Part shown: in pieces, positions 58,036 through 64,000 of the stretch | Layout of the letters: every line of letters begins with the position of its first letter | How positions within the stretch are numbered: the stretch's first letter is position 1 | Assembly (NCBI GenBank): GCA_947165005.1 | Contig: CAMUYN010000001.1 | Span: 1,963-65,962, forward strand | Origin: an uncultured Bacillota bacterium | Lineage (GTDB): Bacteria; Bacillota_I; Bacilli_A; RF39; UBA660 | DNA length: 64,000 nucleotides | Reading direction: 5' to 3' | Notes under the pieces: generated by a model | Databases searched by the model: none | The model's input: the letters and a program-made list of their open reading frames with translations, nothing else | What the model was told of the DNA's origin: nothing | Position numbers and translations under genes: made by a program

Positions 58036-58872
58036 ATGAGTCAAATTAGTTATGATGATACTCCAACACTATATTTAGTACCAACTCCTATAGGTAATCT
58101 AGGAGATATGACTTATAGAAGTATAGAAGTATTAAAGAATAGTGAAGTTATCTTCTCCGAAGACACAAGAGAGACTAAAAAACTATTAGACTATTATGGT
58201 ATAGATAAAAAACTAATATCAAATCATAAATTTAATGAAGATACTGCATGGCAAAAAGTATTATCTTATCTAGATGAAGGTAAAACAGTAGCTTTAGTAT
58301 CAGATAGAGGTACACCATCTATATCAGATCCAGGATTTGTTAGTACATTTCAAATAATAAATAAAGGATATAATGTAGTATGTCTTCCAGGAGCTACTGC
58401 ATGTATACCCGCATTAGTAATGAGTGGACTAAATCCTAATAAATTCTTATTCTATGGATTCTTAAATAGCAAGAAATCCTCTAAAAAGAAAGAATTAGAA
58501 GAATTAAAAGAATATAAATACACAATTATCTTATATGAATCTCCATTTAGAGTAGTAGAAACTCTAGAATTAATAAAAGAAGTTATGGGAGATAGAAATA
58601 TAAGTATATCAAGAGAAATAAGTAAGAAACATGAAGAAGTTTATAGAGGTACAGTTTCTGAAGTACTAGAAGAAATAAACCCTAAAGGTGAATTTGTAAT
58701 AGTAATTGAGGAAAATAAAGAAGAAAAAAGCTATGATCAAGTTGACATAATATCACATATTAAAGAGTTAATTAGATCCGGTTTAACAGAAAAAGAAGCT
58801 ATAAAGGAAGTAGCTAAACTTCATAAACTACCAAAACAAGAAGTTTATAAAAAATATATGGAGGTGAAATAA
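58036..58872 (+). CDS. rsmI: 16S rRNA (cytidine1402-2'-O)-methyltransferase RsmI
   Basis: It contains LYLVPTPIGNLGDMTYRSIEVLK, SDRGTPSISDPG and ILYESPFR. Confidence 0.92.
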   Translation: MSQISYDDTPTLYLVPTPIGNLGDMTYRSIEVLKNSEVIFSEDTRETKKLLDYYGIDKKLISNHKFNEDTAWQKVLSYLDEGKTVALVSDRGTPSISDPGFVSTFQIINKGYNVVCLPGATACIPALVMSGLNPNKFLFYGFLNSKKSSKKKELEELKEYKYTIILYESPFRVVETLELIKEVMGDRNISISREISKKHEEVYRGTVSEVLEEINPKGEFVIVIEENKEEKSYDQVDIISHIKELIRSGLTEKEAIKEVAKLHKLPKQEVYKKYMEVK

Positions 58873-59432
58873 TGAGATTAATCGTTGGACTTGGTAATCC
58901 AGGTAAAGAATATGAAAAAACAAGACATAATGTTGGTTTTAATATAATAGATAAATATCTAGAAAAAAATAAACTAAAACTTGAAAAAGAAAAGTTTAAT
59001 GGAAAATATGTTAAAACAAACATTAAAGGTGAGGAAGTAATATTCCTAGAACCTCAAACATATATGAATAATAGTGGTGAATCAGTAAGCGCTATTATGA
59101 AATTCTATAAAATTAAAGTAGAAGACATACTAGTAATACAAGATGATTTAGATATGGAAATTGGAAAGATTAAACTAAAAGAAAAATCTAGTTCCGGTGG
59201 ACATAATGGTATTAAGAGTATTGAAGATCATCTTGGTACTGATAACTATAAGAGATTAAAAGTAGGTATTTCAAATAATAAAGATATTGATACTAAAGAC
59301 TATGTACTTGGTAAGTTCTCTAAAGAAGATAGAGAAATACTAGAAAATACATATAAAACTTGTGTAGATATCATTGATGATTACTTTGAAATGAACTTTG
59401 ATCTATTAATGGGAAAGTACAACAAGAGATGA
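58872..59432 (+). CDS. pth: Peptidyl-tRNA hydrolase
   Basis: It contains MRLIVGLGNPGKEYEKTRHNVGF, YMNNSGES and GGHNGIKSI. Confidence 0.96.
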   Translation: MRLIVGLGNPGKEYEKTRHNVGFNIIDKYLEKNKLKLEKEKFNGKYVKTNIKGEEVIFLEPQTYMNNSGESVSAIMKFYKIKVEDILVIQDDLDMEIGKIKLKEKSSSGGHNGIKSIEDHLGTDNYKRLKVGISNNKDIDTKDYVLGKFSKEDREILENTYKTCVDIIDDYFEMNFDLLMGKYNKR

Positions 59433-59438
59433 TTTAAT

Positions 59439-62400
59439 ATGAAGAGGTTTAAAGAATTATTCAATGTAAAAGAAATAAATAATATTGCTTTAACAGGGCT
59501 AACTAATGAGTTAACCTCTTTTTGCGTTGATAATATCTATAAATCTAACGATAGAGATATATTAATTTTAACTAATTCTCTATATGAAGCTAATCAATTA
59601 TATTTATCATTATCAAATAAAAATGATAATACTTTATTATTCCCAATGGATGATTTCTTAACAACAGAAGCACTTGCGTGTTCTCCAGATTTATTATCTA
59701 TAAGATTAAATACATTAAATGAATTATTAAATGATGAAAAACATATAGTAATTACTAACTTAATGGGATTACTAAGATATTTACCCACAAAAGAAATGTG
59801 GAAAACAAATAATATAGTATTAAAATACGATGAAGAAGTAGATAGAAAAGAATTAGTAGATAAACTAATGACTATGGGATATAAGAATGAAGATATAGTT
59901 ACAGCATCTGGTGAATTTTCTTCAAGAGGATTTATATTAGATATATTTCCAATATCAAGTGATTCTGCTATAAGAATAGAATTCTGGGGAGATCAAATAG
60001 ATTCAATTAGATATTTTAATGTGGATACTCAAAGATCTCTTGATGAAATAAAAGAAATACAAATCTCTCCATATTCAGAATTTATGAATGAAAAAGGTAT
60101 GGATATTGAACCTAAACAAAAATATCTACCTCTATGTGTAGATAAAGTATCTTCTATATTTGATTATTTAGATAATCCTATTACTATTATTAAAGATTAT
60201 AATGATATAGAAAATTCATATACAAGGTTAAAAGATGAAATATATGAATATGATAAGTCACTGGAAGATCCAAACAAAACTAATTATATGTTTAATCTAG
60301 AAGATATTAAATTTAAAGATGAAATATTCCTTTTATCAGTAGATAATATATTAAATAAAAAGATAGATAAAACATATGATTTTAAATCAAAGAATGTTAA
60401 TGAATTTAGAAATAATTATAATTTATTAAACGAATATATAACTACATCTCTATTAAATAAGAAAACTATTATTATTACTCTTAATAGCGATGTTAAAATT
60501 AATAGTTTGAAGAAATATTTAAATCTAGAATTCCATTTAACTGATATAGATAATATTTATGATAATGAATTAAATGTTATTAAAATGGAATTAAATGAAG
60601 GATTTGAAATAAATGATTATATCTTTATTACTGAAAAAGAATTATACGGTACTAAAGTAAATAAAGTTAATTATAAAAATAAATTTAAAGCAGGAACTAA
60701 AGTAAAACTTAATAATCTAGAAAAAGGTGATTATGTAGTTCATATTAATCATGGTATAGGTAGATATGAAGGTATTAAAACTATTAGTAATCATGGAAAT
60801 ATGAAAGATTATCTTGAAATTACTTATATGAATGATGATAAACTATATATTCCTGTGGAAAAGATAGATTTAATATCTAAGTATTCCTCTAAAGAAGGAA
60901 TGATACCTAAAATAAATAGATTAGGTGGAACTGACTGGGCTAAAACTAAACTTAGAATTAAGAATAAAGTTAAAGATATCGCAGATAAACTTATTAGAAT
61001 TCAAGCAGAAAGAGCAATGAAGAAAGGATTTGCTTTTAATAAAGATGATTCTCTTCAAAAAGAATTTGATTCTGAATTTGAATATGATTTGACTAAAGAT
61101 CAATTTATTGCTATAGAAAAGATTAAATCTGCGATGGAATCAGAAGTACCAATGGATATGCTTCTATGTGGTGATGTTGGCTATGGTAAGACAGAAGTAG
61201 CATTTAGAGCTATATTTAAAGCAATTGAATCTAAAAAACAAGTAGCGTATTTATGCCCTACAACTATTTTATCTAATCAACAATATCAAAATGCAGTTAA
61301 TAGATTTAAGAATTTTGGTATAGAAATAGCATTACTTAATAGATATACAACTTATAAAGAAGAAAAAGAAATAATAGAAAAACTCTCTAATGGTAAGATA
61401 GATTTAGTTATAGGAACTCATAAATTATTAAATCAAAAGATTAAATATAAAGATTTAGGATTACTTGTAATAGATGAAGAACAAAGATTTGGAGTAACAC
61501 ATAAAGAAAGAATTAAAGAATATAAAGCAAATATTGATGTTCTTACTTTAAGTGCTACACCAATTCCTAGAACACTTCAAATGTCACTTGTAGGTATTAG
61601 AGATTTAGCATTAATAGAGACACCACCTCAATCAAGATATCCAGTACAAACTTATGTAGTAGAGGAATCTCTATCAATCATAAAAGATGCAATATATAAA
61701 GAAATGTCTAGAAATGGGCAAGTATTTATTTTATATAACAGAGTAGAACATATCGAAGAAAAACGTGATGAATTAAAGCATTTGTTACCGCAAGCAGATA
61801 TAAGAATAGTACATGGTCAAATGAATAAAGAAGAAATAGAAGATACTATGAATGCATTTATTAATAATGAATTTGAGATATTATTATGTACTACTATTAT
61901 AGAAACAGGTATAGATATACCTAATGTTAATACATTAATTATCTATGATGCAGATAGATTTGGTTTATCGCAACTATATCAAATAAGAGGTAGAGTAGGA
62001 AGATCTAATAAGATCGCATATGCATATCTTATGCACTCAAAACAAAAGATGTTAAATGACTCTGCAGTTAAAAGATTAAAAGCAATTAAAGAATTTACTG
62101 AACTTGGATCAGGATTTAATATAGCTATGAGAGATTTATCAATAAGAGGAGCAGGAGATATCCTTGGTTCTGAGCAAGCAGGTTTTATCGATTCAGTAGG
62201 TTATGATTTATATGTAAAAATTCTTAATGATGAAGTATCTAGACTTAAAGGTCTAGAAGTTAAAGAAGTGAAAAAAGAAGATGAAAAACCATTAATTAAT
62301 GTAGCTACTCACATCGATAATAAATATACTGATAGTGATGCATTAAAAATTGAAATTCATAAATTAATTAATGAAATTTCTTCAAAAGACACACTAGAAA

Positions 62401-62738
62401 GAGTTAAACAAGAAATCGAGGATAGATTTGGCAAAATCAACGATGATATTGATGTATATATGCATAGTGAATTATTAGAAAAATTAGCTAAGAAATTAGA
62501 AGTAAATAATATAACTTCTAACAATTTATATGTAGAATTTATCTTAAATAAAGATATAATTGAAAAATTAGATGTAACAGATTTATTTGTTTATGCATCT
62601 AAATTATCTAATAAATATAGATTTAATTATAAGAATGATAGATTATATATAAAACTACTTCTTAGTGGTCTAGAAAGACACTATGTTTATTACTTGGTAG
62701 AGTTATTTGAATATATTATAAAAATAAAGAGTAATTAA
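59439..62738 (+). CDS. mfd: Transcription-repair coupling factor
   Basis: 1099 aa with VVHINHGIGRYEG, LLCGDVGYGKTEVA, VIDEEQRFGV and QLYQIRGRVGRS. Confidence 0.96.
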   Translation: MKRFKELFNVKEINNIALTGLTNELTSFCVDNIYKSNDRDILILTNSLYEANQLYLSLSNKNDNTLLFPMDDFLTTEALACSPDLLSIRLNTLNELLNDEKHIVITNLMGLLRYLPTKEMWKTNNIVLKYDEEVDRKELVDKLMTMGYKNEDIVTASGEFSSRGFILDIFPISSDSAIRIEFWGDQIDSIRYFNVDTQRSLDEIKEIQISPYSEFMNEKGMDIEPKQKYLPLCVDKVSSIFDYLDNPITIIKDYNDIENSYTRLKDEIYEYDKSLEDPNKTNYMFNLEDIKFKDEIFLLSVDNILNKKIDKTYDFKSKNVNEFRNNYNLLNEYITTSLLNKKTIIITLNSDVKINSLKKYLNLEFHLTDIDNIYDNELNVIKMELNEGFEINDYIFITEKELYGTKVNKVNYKNKFKAGTKVKLNNLEKGDYVVHINHGIGRYEGIKTISNHGNMKDYLEITYMNDDKLYIPVEKIDLISKYSSKEGMIPKINRLGGTDWAKTKLRIKNKVKDIADKLIRIQAERAMKKGFAFNKDDSLQKEFDSEFEYDLTKDQFIAIEKIKSAMESEVPMDMLLCGDVGYGKTEVAFRAIFKAIESKKQVAYLCPTTILSNQQYQNAVNRFKNFGIEIALLNRYTTYKEEKEIIEKLSNGKIDLVIGTHKLLNQKIKYKDLGLLVIDEEQRFGVTHKERIKEYKANIDVLTLSATPIPRTLQMSLVGIRDLALIETPPQSRYPVQTYVVEESLSIIKDAIYKEMSRNGQVFILYNRVEHIEEKRDELKHLLPQADIRIVHGQMNKEEIEDTMNAFINNEFEILLCTTIIETGIDIPNVNTLIIYDADRFGLSQLYQIRGRVGRSNKIAYAYLMHSKQKMLNDSAVKRLKAIKEFTELGSGFNIAMRDLSIRGAGDILGSEQAGFIDSVGYDLYVKILNDEVSRLKGLEVKEVKKEDEKPLINVATHIDNKYTDSDALKIEIHKLINEISSKDTLERVKQEIEDRFGKINDDIDVYMHSELLEKLAKKLEVNNITSNNLYVEFILNKDIIEKLDVTDLFVYASKLSNKYRFNYKNDRLYIKLLLSGLERHYVYYLVELFEYIIKIKSN

Positions 62739-62775
62739 TACTCTTTTTTTGTTCATACTAATAATGGTGAAGTAA

Positions 62776-63288
62776 ATGAATGATCTATCTATTATTAAAA
62801 AAATTGACAACCTAGGGAGAATAATAATACCCAAAGAGATAAGAAGAAAATTAAATATCAGTATAGATGATGATCTAAAAATAACTCTATTAAAAGAAAA
62901 TATTATTATTTCCAAATATAGTTTACTTTCTGAAATAGATAATAAAATAATTGCATATGGAAGAATAGTAAATAAGATTACTAATAAGAATATAATTATT
63001 ACGGACAAGGATAAAATTATATATTCGAATAATATAAACTATTTAAATAAAGAAATATCTGACTCATTAAAAAAATATCTATATCAAAGATTAGAATTAG
63101 ATAAAAAAATGGATTTAGAATTAATAAAAAACATAAATATAGATAATAATTATTATATAAAACCAATAATTATAAACAGTGATACACTAGGAATAGTTAT
63201 ACTATATAGCACCAATTCTATTAATGATAAAGATAAAATCCTTATTAATCTAATAATTAGTATAATTGAAGAGTATTTTAATAACTAG
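62776..63288 (+). CDS. spoVT: Stage V sporulation protein T-like regulator (AbrB/SpoVT domain + GAF-like C-terminus)
   Basis: It contains IDNLGRIIIPKEIRRKLNI and lies immediately after mfd, as in Bacillus. Confidence 0.75.
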   Translation: MNDLSIIKKIDNLGRIIIPKEIRRKLNISIDDDLKITLLKENIIISKYSLLSEIDNKIIAYGRIVNKITNKNIIITDKDKIIYSNNINYLNKEISDSLKKYLYQRLELDKKMDLELIKNINIDNNYYIKPIIINSDTLGIVILYSTNSINDKDKILINLIISIIEEYFNN

Positions 63289-63321
63289 ATTTATGATATA
63301 CTTAATTTATGGAGTATATTT

Positions 63322-63798
63322 ATGAGAAAATTTGAAATTATAAGTAAAAAAGAATATGAAAAATCATTAAAAGATATATGTGATTATGAGGATATATCAA
63401 TTCCAACTAGATCAACTAAACATAGTGCAGGATATGATTTTAAAAGTCCTATTAGTTTTATATTAAATCCAGGGGAAAGTAAAAAAGTTCCTACTGGTAT
63501 TAAAGCTTGTATGAATGAAGATGAATATCTAGCTATATTAGTAAGAAGTTCTATGGGATTTAAATATAATATAAGACTATGTAATCAAGTAGGTATAGTA
63601 GATTCTGATTATTATAATAATCCTGATAATGAAGGACATATATTTATAAAAATACAAAATGAAGGAACAGAACCCCTAATTATTAATAAAGGCGATAGAT
63701 TTGCTCAGGGAATATTTATGAAATATTTATTAACTGATGATGATATGGCTTTTGGTGATAGAACTGGTGGTTTTGGATCAACAGGTAAAGGAGAATAA
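63322..63798 (+). CDS. dut: dUTP diphosphatase
   Basis: It contains RSTKHSAGYDF, GIVDSDYY and RTGGFGSTG. Confidence 0.88.
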   Translation: MRKFEIISKKEYEKSLKDICDYEDISIPTRSTKHSAGYDFKSPISFILNPGESKKVPTGIKACMNEDEYLAILVRSSMGFKYNIRLCNQVGIVDSDYYNNPDNEGHIFIKIQNEGTEPLIINKGDRFAQGIFMKYLLTDDDMAFGDRTGGFGSTGKGE

Positions 63799-63920
63799 TA
63801 TTCTCTTTTTTTTGTAAAATAGTAGTATTGCGATGTTTTGAAAGTTTATTTTTCCAGTAACAAAGGAGATAGTAATTATATGTTTTTTATGTTATAATAG
63901 CACATAAAAAAGGAGGACAT

Positions 63921-64000
63921 ATGGCTTATAATCCATTAGAACGTTTAAAAGATGGCAATGTTGATTTTGTATATGGATTAACATCATATGATTATGATTG
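63921..64000 (+). CDS. 5' end of an unidentified CDS (truncated by the window edge)
   Basis: AAGGAGGACAT-ATG is followed by the open frame MAYNPLERLKDGNVDFVYGLTSYDYD, and TGTTATAAT lies upstream. Confidence 0.4.
   Translation, partial: MAYNPLERLKDGNVDFVYGLTSYDYD

Overview
This window is the replication-origin region of a very AT-rich, endospore-forming Firmicute; I cannot identify the species by eye. A bipartite oriC flanks dnaA, with DnaA-box clusters at about 42.2-42.5 kb and 43.9-44.1 kb. To the left of oriC almost every gene is on the minus strand: rpmH-rnpA-yidC-jag-mnmE-gpsA-fic-mnmG-rsmG, an orphan gene, and a Noc-like parB. Further left are a 12,978-nt giant surface-protein gene, one plus-strand class A PBP, argS-rpoE-prfA-HAD-prmC-spoIIR, spoVG, yabP-yabQ-divIC, mrnC-rlmB-sigH, secE-nusG-rplK-rplA-rplJ-rplL and a frameshifted prfB. 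To the right every gene is on the plus strand: dnaA-dnaN-comK-recF-gyrB-gyrA, a small SRP RNA, tadA, dnaX-ebfC-recR-bofA and holB-ricT-trmN6-rsmI-pth-mfd-spoVT-dut. I saw no rRNA, tRNA, CRISPR array, transposase or integrase. The main finding is at 51.4-52.7 kb. Three perfect parS palindromes are each paired, 25-38 bp away, with a perfect Noc-binding-site (NBS) palindrome. Two of these pairs symmetrically bracket an orphan 180-aa gene. The only ParB-family gene in the window has a Noc-type recognition helix, lacks an N-terminal extension and has no adjacent soj. Other notable items are listed below.
- The 4325-aa mosaic adhesin-like protein has near-identical internal DNA repeats and TA microsatellites just upstream of its promoter.
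- prfB carries a programmed +1 frameshift that the ORF track misses.
- A Fic gene has tandem direct repeats over its promoter.
- comK sits in the dnaN-recF gap.
All calls come from reading the translations and the sequence by eye. No database search was run.
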